DNA from: Pseudobdellovibrionaceae bacterium
GTDB lineage: Bacteria > Bdellovibrionota > Bdellovibrionia > Bdellovibrionales > Bdellovibrionaceae
DNA length: 64,000 bases
Direction: 5' to 3'
Assembly: GCA_039810425.1 (NCBI GenBank)
Contig: JBDHWW010000003.1
Coordinates: 80,206-144,205 of the forward strand
Positions within the stretch are counted from its first letter, which is position 1. The number at the start of each line of letters is the position of its first letter. Below are positions 9,330-17,828 of the stretch, piece after piece. The translations under genes and the position numbers were made by a program. The notes under the pieces were generated by a model. It ran no database searches, had not been told where the DNA came from, and worked only from the letters and a program-made list of their open reading frames with translations.

Positions 9330-10306
9330 ATTTTAATTGTCAGGCCTTCGTAAGCAAAATCCCATTGAACCGCGCTGAGTGCCTCACTGTTTTCTTTCGC
9401 GGCGTTGAGACGCCAGTCATAGTATTCCAGCGTTTGGCGTTTTAACTCTTGCACTTGCTGAATTGTCGCCCCCGGATCGTGATGGGCGAAAAGAACTTGC
9501 TTAATGCCTTCACGGAAAGCGATGTCGAGTCCCACTTGCGCGGCACTGTGTCCCCAGTTCGCTTTTTCCGCTAACTCCGGAAAAGTGTACTGAGCATCGT
9601 AGTACATCAAGTCCACACTTTGATAAAGCGGCAGGTCCGGACCCAGCTCTTCACGGGATACGCGAGTTCCTTCAGTATCCACGCAGTGCGAATAGACCTT
9701 ACCATTGCTTTCGATACGGAAACCCCAGCAAGGATCCGGATGGTCCAGCTTATATGGAGTGATCATCATATCATCAATTTCAATCGTCTGCCGAGGTTGC
9801 AATACATGGAAGTGAATCTTTGCCGCCAGTGACTCAAACGGCACGGGAAAGTACGGCTTCATGAAAACACCACGGATGAGTTTCTCCATCTCTTCCTGAA
9901 CCGCGTAATAGTGAATTTGCACGCCCGGAACAAAGTGGGGAGTAAAGAAGGGCAATCCGATGACGTGATCCCAGTGAAAGTGGGTCATGAAAATATGGAA
10001 AGGACCTTTACTCGCTCCGGCTTTACCGCTCATGATCTGCTCACTCAGAGAGCGAATGCCGCTGCCGCCATCAATGATGAGCCTGTTCTTGGGGCTTTTA
10101 ACTTCTACACAAGTCGTGGCAGCTCCGTAACCACCCAAATGGGAGGCACCTAAAGAATCAATGTACTTTGAAACTGCAGTAGTATCACGATGGCCAGCAT
10201 TGAAAAACCCTCGTAAGAGCCCTTCAATATGATTGGTCCAATCCGATGGAGATGGGGATGAGGGCAATGAACCGCGCACTCCCCAATACTTCATTGTTAA
10301 CGACAT
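9326..10306 (-). CDS. MBL-fold metallo-hydrolase (possible phosphodiesterase)
   Basis: WGVRGS, THFHWDH, GHS and HHDP motifs. Confidence 0.9.
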   Translation of the reverse strand: MSLTMKYWGVRGSLPSSPSPSDWTNHIEGLLRGFFNAGHRDTTAVSKYIDSLGASHLGGYGAATTCVEVKSPKNRLIIDGGSGIRSLSEQIMSGKAGASKGPFHIFMTHFHWDHVIGLPFFTPHFVPGVQIHYYAVQEEMEKLIRGVFMKPYFPVPFESLAAKIHFHVLQPRQTIEIDDMMITPYKLDHPDPCWGFRIESNGKVYSHCVDTEGTRVSREELGPDLPLYQSVDLMYYDAQYTFPELAEKANWGHSAAQVGLDIAFREGIKQVLFAHHDPGATIQQVQELKRQTLEYYDWRLNAAKENSEALSAVQWDFAYEGLTIKI

Positions 10307-10375
10307 ATGGGACTAGAATGACGGGGGAATAGGTTGCTTGCAAATAAAATTTATTGACGGCCTACAAGACTCTAC

Positions 10376-10660
10376 TCAGGTATTTGCCTTGTCATAATTC
10401 ACTTTCAAAAACTTGGACTTAGGTTGAGCCATACATGTTTTAAATGTTCGATCCAATGAGTGTTCGTTCACTCGGCCTTCAATCGAATCGACTTCTCCCT
10501 GTTCAAGCAGCGCAGAGCATGTTCCACAAACTCCTTCCAAACAAGAGTAAGGCGGGTTTATTTGCAGTCTCAAGGCCGCCTCAAGGACAGATTGGTACTC
10601 CGTCATCGTGGCTTCATGCTCTTGACCGTTAATTATGAAAACTACTTTCACGTCAGACAT
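10376..10660 (-). CDS. 2Fe-2S ferredoxin
   Basis: PYSCLEGVCGTC...TC plant-type cluster motif. Confidence 0.9.
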   Translation of the reverse strand: MSDVKVVFIINGQEHEATMTEYQSVLEAALRLQINPPYSCLEGVCGTCSALLEQGEVDSIEGRVNEHSLDRTFKTCMAQPKSKFLKVNYDKANT

Positions 10661-11907
10661 TAGAATGAAAAGGCCGTACCCACGAGCATTGTAAACACGT
10701 GCTGAGTTACGACCACCTCCTCTGTTGTTTGATTGATTTGCTGAATCGATTTGCCCCGACCGCCAGTGTAGTAACCACCAAACGTATAGTCGATTTTATC
10801 TCCGGACGTAAACGCCAAGTTCGCACTGAATCCAAGTTGGTCCACCTTATCCGGTTGGGCGCCCGCGATTGTCGCATCCGGATTGGGATGTGATGAGAAG
10901 TTCGTGAATGCGCCCATACGTACTTTCAACCAAGGCATCACTCGCTTCTCGACTCCCGCCGAGACATTCCAAATTGCCCGATGCTTCCAATGAGTCGCAA
11001 GGGCTGGATCGTTAAAATCGTTGTACTCCATGGCTTGATAAAGACTCGCATCGGCTGACACGTTTAGATCTTCGCTTTCATGATAAGCCACCCCGATAGA
11101 AAGCTTGCCGGGAATATTCACATTAGTCTTTTCATCCGGACGATTCACCGTAGTGACCGTGTAAGGATTGGTATCAACCTTCGAAGAAAAATAAGAACCG
11201 CTGCCTTTCACCGTCAGATTCGGTGTCCGTAAACTGGTACCGAAAGACCATTTATCCGACAATTTCCAGTGATACCCAAGAATCGCAACAATGGCATTTT
11301 CGACCAAGGTTTTCTCTGAGCTGAACAACACCGCTTCGCTGGCCGTTGGGAAACTGCTGTCATTCAGCGAACGCGTATAGCTTCGCGCGGTGTAATACAT
11401 CGTCAACCCCAAAGACTCAGTGTCTGAGATCGGCTTTGCCACCGCAGCGCCGACCCACAAAGACTCATCGACGTAAGCCAACGTCGTGGTATTTTCAGTA
11501 CTGGCACGCAAGTCGCCCTTGTAGTTATCAAAATCAGGAACCACGATCGAAAATGCGATCGTATAGCCCGCCCGGCGAATCACACTGCCGGTGGAGGAGG
11601 GGATCGCGCGAAAGAAACCCTGATTGATTCGCAGAGGCGCCTTTGTGAAGTCCTCTTCTTTGCCAAAGGTCGTATCAAATTTTTTGTAAATGCCCACGGC
11701 GGCTGAAAATGAATGCCCTTGCAAGAAGGCCAGCCCCGCGGGATTGTAATAAGCCAATGCCGACGCATCGCTAGTCATCGCGGTGTATGCTCCCCCCATC
11801 CCCGCCGCCTGATCGCCGATCAAAATGGAATTATAGTTTGAAAAGGCCGCCGTCGCTGGCTGGACCAAAACTAAGAGCAATAAACCGCTGAAGTATTTTA
11901 ATGACAT
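10660..11907 (-). CDS. FadL/OmpP1-like outer-membrane transporter
   Basis: Signal peptide, GMGGA..A...DAS...YNPAGL hatch motif, C-terminal Phe. Confidence 0.85.
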   Translation of the reverse strand: MSLKYFSGLLLLVLVQPATAAFSNYNSILIGDQAAGMGGAYTAMTSDASALAYYNPAGLAFLQGHSFSAAVGIYKKFDTTFGKEEDFTKAPLRINQGFFRAIPSSTGSVIRRAGYTIAFSIVVPDFDNYKGDLRASTENTTTLAYVDESLWVGAAVAKPISDTESLGLTMYYTARSYTRSLNDSSFPTASEAVLFSSEKTLVENAIVAILGYHWKLSDKWSFGTSLRTPNLTVKGSGSYFSSKVDTNPYTVTTVNRPDEKTNVNIPGKLSIGVAYHESEDLNVSADASLYQAMEYNDFNDPALATHWKHRAIWNVSAGVEKRVMPWLKVRMGAFTNFSSHPNPDATIAGAQPDKVDQLGFSANLAFTSGDKIDYTFGGYYTGGRGKSIQQINQTTEEVVVTQHVFTMLVGTAFSF

Positions 11908-11983
11908 TCCCTTGCGTCTCCACTAGCTAGTACTGCAAAATTAAATGATTATTGACGGCAAAAGTCCACCAGAAGGTTCTCCA

Positions 11984-13693
11984 ATGAACTCTCAAACTGC
12001 AAAAACATCTCCGCTTCGAACAGTTCTGAAAGAACTCGTGCTGCCTTATTGGACACGTTCGGAAGATCGCTGGCGCGCGCGCGGATTGTTGGCTCTCACT
12101 TTGGTGTTGATCGTCGGTATGGTTTACGCCCTAGTTCTACTGAATCGCTGGAATCAAGCGTTCTACGACGCCCTTCAGAACTTGAATAGAGAGGAGTTCA
12201 TCAGCCAGCTATGGCGTTTTTTCTTTATTGCGCTTTTTTACTCCGTGATCATGGCCTTGAAGTTCTATGTTTTGCAGAGCCTCGCCATCAACTGGCGTCA
12301 ATGGATCACCGAAAAAGGCCTGCACCGCTGGCTCAGCGACAAGAACTTCTATTATTGGCAATTCAGCGGACATGAACACGATAATCCCGATCAGCGCCTC
12401 TCTGAAGATATTCACGAACTCACCGACTTGAGCCTCGAAATCTCAGAGAAGGTGATCCGTGAGTTCATCACCTTTGTGTCGTTCATCGGCATTCTCTGGA
12501 GCCTTTCAGGCTCGGCCAAATTCACGGCGTTTGGTTATAACATTGAGCTTTATCGTTACCTTGTTTGGGTTTGCTTGCTTTACGCGGTGGTCGGGACTTT
12601 CATCGTTCACAAGATTGGTCATCCGCTTTCAAAACTCAACTTTATGCAGCAAAAACTCGAGGCGGATTTCCGTTACTTCTTGGTGCGCCTGCGTGAAAAC
12701 AGCGAAAATGTGGCTTTACTCAACGGCGAAAAAGCCGAACAGCAAAAGCTTTCGACCAAATTCTCCCAGGTCGTGGGTAATTTCAAAGCGCTGATCTCGC
12801 GCCAGAAGAAACTGATTCTAACGACGAATATTTACGGTCAGTTGGCTTATATCTTTCCGTTTGTGGTTGCGTCACCAAAAGTGTTCACCAAAGAGATCAC
12901 TCTGGGGCAGCTTTTCCAGATCAGCAGTGCCTTTGGCCAAGTGCAAGGGTCGGTCTCGGTGTTTGTGGATATGTATGCGAAGATCGCGCGACTGCATTCG
13001 GTCGCTCTGCGTTTGGGCGGATTCTTAGGTTTGCTCGAAGAAAATCACGGGCTTCGCGAAAAAGGCCTAAATGGAAAACTCCATGCAACAGAGGGCGCGG
13101 GTCTTTCCGCCGAAGATTTGCGGGTCCTAACGCCACAGCAGCAAACTTTGTTGACCGCCGTAAATCTAAAACTCACCCCAGGACAGAGCTTGCTAATCAC
13201 AGCTCCTTCGGGAAAAGGCAAAACCACCTTGCTTCGCACTCTGAACGGCATTTGGCCTTTCATTGACGGACAGATTCATCTGCCTCGTCACAGCCACCGT
13301 CTTGTGCTCACACAAAAAGCCTACTTACCGATCGGCACCCTGCGCGCGGCTCTGGCCTACCCGCTTTCCGCCGAAGCCTTCAGCGATCAAGACATGGTTA
13401 CAGCTTTGGCCGGCACGAAATTGAACTCACTCATTCAGCATCTTGATGACGAAGACTACTGGTCGCAACGTCTTTCTTCCGGCGAGCAACAGCGTTTGGC
13501 GCTGGCGCGTGCCTTCTTGCAAAAACCCGAAGTTTTGTTTTTAGACGAAGCCACTTCCGCCCTCGAAAAAGACACCGAAGCCGAGATCTACCAAGCTCTG
13601 ATAAAATCCTTCCCCAAGATGATTCTTATCAGCTTCAGTCACGAAGCTGGCCCTCTCGCGGCTTTCCACCAAAAAACTCTGGCATTGCTCTGA
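11984..13693 (+). CDS. Fused ABC transporter, ABC_membrane_2 (YddA/BclA/ABCD-like)
   Basis: DNPDQR, EADFRY, Walker A APSGKGKT, LSSGEQQR, LDEATSAL; track start 11945, alternative start 11984. Confidence 0.9.
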   Translation: MNSQTAKTSPLRTVLKELVLPYWTRSEDRWRARGLLALTLVLIVGMVYALVLLNRWNQAFYDALQNLNREEFISQLWRFFFIALFYSVIMALKFYVLQSLAINWRQWITEKGLHRWLSDKNFYYWQFSGHEHDNPDQRLSEDIHELTDLSLEISEKVIREFITFVSFIGILWSLSGSAKFTAFGYNIELYRYLVWVCLLYAVVGTFIVHKIGHPLSKLNFMQQKLEADFRYFLVRLRENSENVALLNGEKAEQQKLSTKFSQVVGNFKALISRQKKLILTTNIYGQLAYIFPFVVASPKVFTKEITLGQLFQISSAFGQVQGSVSVFVDMYAKIARLHSVALRLGGFLGLLEENHGLREKGLNGKLHATEGAGLSAEDLRVLTPQQQTLLTAVNLKLTPGQSLLITAPSGKGKTTLLRTLNGIWPFIDGQIHLPRHSHRLVLTQKAYLPIGTLRAALAYPLSAEAFSDQDMVTALAGTKLNSLIQHLDDEDYWSQRLSSGEQQRLALARAFLQKPEVLFLDEATSALEKDTEAEIYQALIKSFPKMILISFSHEAGPLAAFHQKTLALL

Positions 13694-13812
13694 GACCGTT
13701 CTTTCACCGTTCACAGCAGAGCCCAGAGACCTATGAAGCTCACGCAGGTCCATTCAGCCAGCGTGAAAATAATGTTGAGCAAGCAAGAATAAAAAAAGCA
13801 TCCAACCGGCTG

Positions 13813-14031
13813 CTAACGGAGACGACCGAGGGTCACGCCTGTCTCTTTGGCGATGAGGGCGGCGGAAATTTTCGCAACTCCCCCACCGAAACTCCTACCC
13901 AGCAAAATACAATCTGGCCGGCGCCCCTGCCACTCGGATGCCAAGAACTTTCCGGTACGATAAAGGCCTGACTGAATCTCATCACAAATCATCGGAATAT
14001 GGCGCGGTTTAAAAAGAAACCCGACTTTCAC
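13813..14031 (-). pseudogene. Fragment of class III PLP-dependent aminotransferase
   Basis: ICDEIQSGLYRTGKFLASEW...PDCILLGRSFGGG matches the DE(I/V)QxGxGRTG...PD...GKxxGGG signature; only ~50 aa; catalytic Lys position is Arg. Confidence 0.75.
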
Positions 14032-14343
14032 CGATCATGCTTTGGCTCGGAGATCATGGCGATTTCCAGACTTTGCTAGCCGTGCCTGAAAAAATCTCCG
14101 CGAGCTCCCAAGTGGACGCTTTTCCGTGATTGGGCCGCTGGCAAAGCAAAGAACACTATTCGCCTTCGAGCGCCTCATCGAGTCCGTGCAAGAGTTTAAA
14201 AAATCAAATTTGAAGGCCGAAGTCTTCGACAAAGAGGTAATAGTTACATTGTGCCCCTACACGGGGTTCTGGCGCCAAGTTTGATACTTTATTCTAACTA
14301 CTTATTTTTACTTGTCTTTTAAGCGTGGTGGCAAAATAAAAAT

Positions 14344-14359
14344 TGGCCCTTGAATTGCA
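14344..14359 (+). promoter_or_regulatory. sigma54 (-24/-12) promoter of the rSAM-peptide-HK-RR operon
   Basis: TGGCCC-TTGAA-TTGCA, one mismatch from TGGCAC-N5-TTGCW with correct spacing. Confidence 0.75.
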
Positions 14360-14424
14360 TATTTTTAGCCTTGGAAGTGGATGGTGACATAAGGTCACCA
14401 GTTGGCCACTATTGGGGACGACTC

Positions 14425-15732
14425 ATGGAACTACGACGCTACAAAGACATCCTAGCGCTAAAATCAGAAGAGGGCACTCTTCTGGCGTTTCATTCGCGCA
14501 ACATGGAGGTCGCTCAAATCTCAGAAAGCGCCTGGGTGAACATGAACCCAACAACGTTGCTGAATTCGAACCCTTCGAAGGTTGTGCTCCAAGAATGCGA
14601 AGCCCTCGAAGAGCTCAAAACTTGGAACCAGGAAGACAACGCTCAGGTTAAAACCAGCAAGATCAGCAACAACATCCGCTTTCTTACAATCAACGTGACT
14701 CAAATCTGCAACCTCCACTGCTCCTACTGCGCGGCGGGCGGCGACGGTACGTTCGGCGATAGCATCGCCAAAATCTCTATCGAAAAAACCTTACCGCAGA
14801 TCAAGTTCTTCCTCGATCGTTTGCCACAAGGCTTAAGCTTCAACGTAAGCTTCCTCGGTGGCGAGCCTTTGCTTTATGCTGAAGGCCTCGAGATGATTGC
14901 GAAATATATTGCTGACATCGCCCCTGAACGCAGCGTGAATTACACGATCATCACGAACGGCACATTGCTGACGGACAAAAATGTTGATTTGCTGGCACGC
15001 ATGAAAGCCACCGTGACGATCAGCCTTGACGGTCCTGCGGAGATCAACGATCGCATGCGTCCGACCAAGAACGGAACTTCATCAACGGCGATGATCGTGA
15101 AAGGCCTTGAAAAAGTCCTCGCACGCAAATCAGAATTCAGCCACGTGATGATTCACGGAGTTTTCGATAGCCAAAACATGGCGCTTGTGAAAGCTTACGA
15201 GTTCTATTCCCAATTCAACGTGGACAGCTATGATTTTTCATTCTCGGTTTCTGACAACAATCCCCGCGCGACTCAAGAGTACATGGAACAAATGACTCAA
15301 GTCGCCGCGCTGGCTTACGCTCAAGGTGGCGAGAGGGCTCTCAGAAAGATCCGCGCGTTTGAACAGCATTTTCAGTCGTTGGACCAACAACGCCGTACCG
15401 AAAACTATTGCGGCGCCGGCAAGTCCTTCTTGATGATTGATGCCCGCAATCAGATCTACACCTGCCCTTGGGATGTGAATGAAAAGAAAGAGCAAGTTGG
15501 CCAAGGAACAGAGTTAAGCGAAAAGGCTTTGGAAGCGTACCAAAAGCCGATTCTCGAACAGAACAAATGTGAAACCTGCTGGGCGCGATTCCTATGCGGC
15601 GGCGGCTGTATGTTCGCCCATAAGCATGGCTCAGGATCTAAGAACGTTAAAAATACGCTGTTTTGCGAAAGAACAAGATTTATGGTAGCGCTGGCATTGA
15701 TCTACTATGAGCGATGCCGAAGCGCCGCCTGA
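14425..15732 (+). CDS. Radical SAM/SPASM peptide maturase (CteB/PapB/QhpD-like) with RRE-like N-terminus
   Basis: CNLHCSYC; GGEP; SPASM CGAG...YTC...CETCWARFLCGGGC...FC; start ATG 14425 after GGGGA RBS. Confidence 0.9.
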   Translation: MELRRYKDILALKSEEGTLLAFHSRNMEVAQISESAWVNMNPTTLLNSNPSKVVLQECEALEELKTWNQEDNAQVKTSKISNNIRFLTINVTQICNLHCSYCAAGGDGTFGDSIAKISIEKTLPQIKFFLDRLPQGLSFNVSFLGGEPLLYAEGLEMIAKYIADIAPERSVNYTIITNGTLLTDKNVDLLARMKATVTISLDGPAEINDRMRPTKNGTSSTAMIVKGLEKVLARKSEFSHVMIHGVFDSQNMALVKAYEFYSQFNVDSYDFSFSVSDNNPRATQEYMEQMTQVAALAYAQGGERALRKIRAFEQHFQSLDQQRRTENYCGAGKSFLMIDARNQIYTCPWDVNEKKEQVGQGTELSEKALEAYQKPILEQNKCETCWARFLCGGGCMFAHKHGSGSKNVKNTLFCERTRFMVALALIYYERCRSAA

Positions 15733-15763
15733 ACCACAACCACCAGGACATGATGGAGCAATA

Positions 15764-15931
15764 ATGATGAAATTCCTAACTCTACTAAAGGAAAAGATGA
15801 TGGAAAAAATAGAGAAAAAACACATTAAGAAGCTGAAGCCACAAACATCTCAGCCTTCGCATTTTGGGCCTGGTAACGGCGGCAATCCGTGCCCTCCAGT
15901 CGGTGGCGATATTATGGTACCAAACAACTAG
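15764..15931 (+). CDS. Putative RiPP precursor peptide (55 aa, or 44 aa from ATG 15797)
   Basis: MMKFLTLLKEKMMEKIEKKHIKKLKPQTSQPSHFGPGNGGNPCPPVGGDIMVPNN; GGAG RBS at 15755 and AAGGA before 15797; fills the gap between maturase and kinase. Confidence 0.7.
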   Translation: MMKFLTLLKEKMMEKIEKKHIKKLKPQTSQPSHFGPGNGGNPCPPVGGDIMVPNN

Positions 15932-15950
15932 TTTGAGGAACTGACTAACG

Positions 15951-17828
15951 ATGGCACTTCCTCCTTCGCAGACTAAAACAAAAGGCCCTTTCAAAGGTGG
16001 AATCTTGTATTCCGTCTTGCGCCTTGTTTTGGCTTGCGCGATGGGCGTTTTCATCAGTCAGCTCAAACTCGATTCTTGGGAATCCATGCTCTACGACATG
16101 CGCGTTCGCTTGTTGCCGGAGCCCGCTCCTTCGGGTCAGATTGAAATGATTTTGACCACATCGCGGACGGTAGAAACCCTCAAAGGGATTCCTACTGCGA
16201 AGGAGCAATTGGAACTCCTTAAGAACCTCGAACGCGAAGAGCCTCTGGCGGTTCTTTACATCCAAAACCTCGGCGAGCTTGAAGGAAGTGCTGAAGAAAA
16301 AAAAGCCTTCGCCGCTGAAGCTTTGAAGCTCAACAACCTGTACATGGCCAGCCAGGATCTTGAAATGAAAGGCGAAGAGGGAAAGCTCCGCCTGGCGGAG
16401 CCACTCAATACGATTGAACTCTTCCCCGGCCCACGCACCAGTGATGGCGATGTGCTTGCCCAGGATAAGGTGACCCGTCGTATGATGATCACTTACCAAG
16501 ACCGCCAGATGATTCACCCCTTTATTGCCAGCCTTGTGAATCCTGAAGTTTCCAAAAAGGAAAATATCCGCGGTCTGTTTGAGTTCTTTGACTCTGAACA
16601 GGTATATATCAGTTACCGCAAAGCTGACACGTATCCAATGACGGCATTTGAAGACGTCATGGATAAACGTTTTGAACCGGGTCACTTTAAAAACAAAATC
16701 GTTCTGATCGGTAACGATCACGGCGGCTCCGTGCGTGACTACGTGAAGACGCCATTTTCCAAAGACGCGAAGGCCATGACCCTCGTGGAACTTCACGCCA
16801 ATATGCTTGATACTTTGATTCAAAATAAAGCGCCGATTCAGGCGGCCCCCTGGTTGAACGTATTGGTGACGATACTAACGTCCATCATCACCGTTTACGT
16901 TCTCTTCACAATGAAACCAATTCGAAGTCTCACGATTCTGGCGGCGACCGGCGGTGCCTTACTCGTATTCAGTGCGATCGCTTTCTGGCCCATCGGCTAT
17001 TGGGTGAAGATGGCGCATCCCTTCCTGGCGATCTTCTTGTGCTATTACTTCTTTATCCCCTACCGCTTGATCATCGAAAATCGTCGCAGTTGGGAATACT
17101 ACCAGAAAAATAAGCTGCTTTCCCAAGTTGAGGAACTCAAAGGCAACTTCATTTCGATGATGTCGCACGATTTAAAAACGCCGATTGCCCGTATTCAAGG
17201 CATGACCGATGTGATTCTCAAGGACCAACAACCCTTGAGCACCCAGCAACGCGAAGCCGTGGATACGATCCGTCATTCCGGTGACGATCTTTTGCGGTTC
17301 ATCAATGCGATTTTGAACTACGGTAAGATCGAGAGCCAAGGGGTCCAACTGCATATGCAAAGTCGGGACGTTAATTCATTGCTGAAAGACGTTATCCATA
17401 AGCATGAGTTCCTGGCTAAGGTAAAACGTATTCCGATTAAGTTTGAATCCGAGCCTTTATTTCCGATCCAGGTGGACCCCGAGCTCATGAAGCAAGTGTT
17501 CTCGAACCTTATAGAGAACGCCATTAAGTACAGCCCTGAGGAATCTCAGGTGCAGGTTCACAGCGAAGAGGTTAACGGCAAAGTGATCGTTCGCGTCCAA
17601 GACAGCGGACCTGGAATTCCAGAGGACGAAGTGAGCAACATTTTTATGAAGTTTTTTAGAAGCAAGAATGCGAAAAGTTCTCCGATTAAAGGATCGGGAC
17701 TCGGGTTGTACCTTGCTAAATATTTTACAGAATTGCACCAGGGCAGAATCTTTGTTGAAAGTACCTATGGAAAAGGATGTACTTTTACTGTAGAACTGCC
17801 TCTGGAACAGGGGAGGTCACATGCTTAG
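15951..17828 (+). CDS. CHASE2-domain sensor histidine kinase
   Basis: N-terminal TM, CHASE2 signatures (DKVTRR, FKNKIVLIG, VELHAN), 3 TMs, H-box SHDLKTP, NLIENAIKY, DSGPGI, GSGLGL. Confidence 0.93.
   Translation: MALPPSQTKTKGPFKGGILYSVLRLVLACAMGVFISQLKLDSWESMLYDMRVRLLPEPAPSGQIEMILTTSRTVETLKGIPTAKEQLELLKNLEREEPLAVLYIQNLGELEGSAEEKKAFAAEALKLNNLYMASQDLEMKGEEGKLRLAEPLNTIELFPGPRTSDGDVLAQDKVTRRMMITYQDRQMIHPFIASLVNPEVSKKENIRGLFEFFDSEQVYISYRKADTYPMTAFEDVMDKRFEPGHFKNKIVLIGNDHGGSVRDYVKTPFSKDAKAMTLVELHANMLDTLIQNKAPIQAAPWLNVLVTILTSIITVYVLFTMKPIRSLTILAATGGALLVFSAIAFWPIGYWVKMAHPFLAIFLCYYFFIPYRLIIENRRSWEYYQKNKLLSQVEELKGNFISMMSHDLKTPIARIQGMTDVILKDQQPLSTQQREAVDTIRHSGDDLLRFINAILNYGKIESQGVQLHMQSRDVNSLLKDVIHKHEFLAKVKRIPIKFESEPLFPIQVDPELMKQVFSNLIENAIKYSPEESQVQVHSEEVNGKVIVRVQDSGPGIPEDEVSNIFMKFFRSKNAKSSPIKGSGLGLYLAKYFTELHQGRIFVESTYGKGCTFTVELPLEQGRSHA

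Noticed and set aside
14350..14424. TTG start at 14350 for the rSAM
   Set aside because: It lies inside the sigma54 promoter; ATG 14425 has an RBS.
14425..15732. Calling the rSAM an anaerobic sulfatase maturase or PqqE
   Set aside because: No sulfatase or pqq genes are in the window, it has an RRE-like extension, and a peptide gene is adjacent.
15707..15763. 74-aa version of the precursor starting at 15707
   Set aside because: It overlaps the rSAM 3' end with no RBS; starts at 15764 and 15797 have RBS-like sequences. Not fully excluded.
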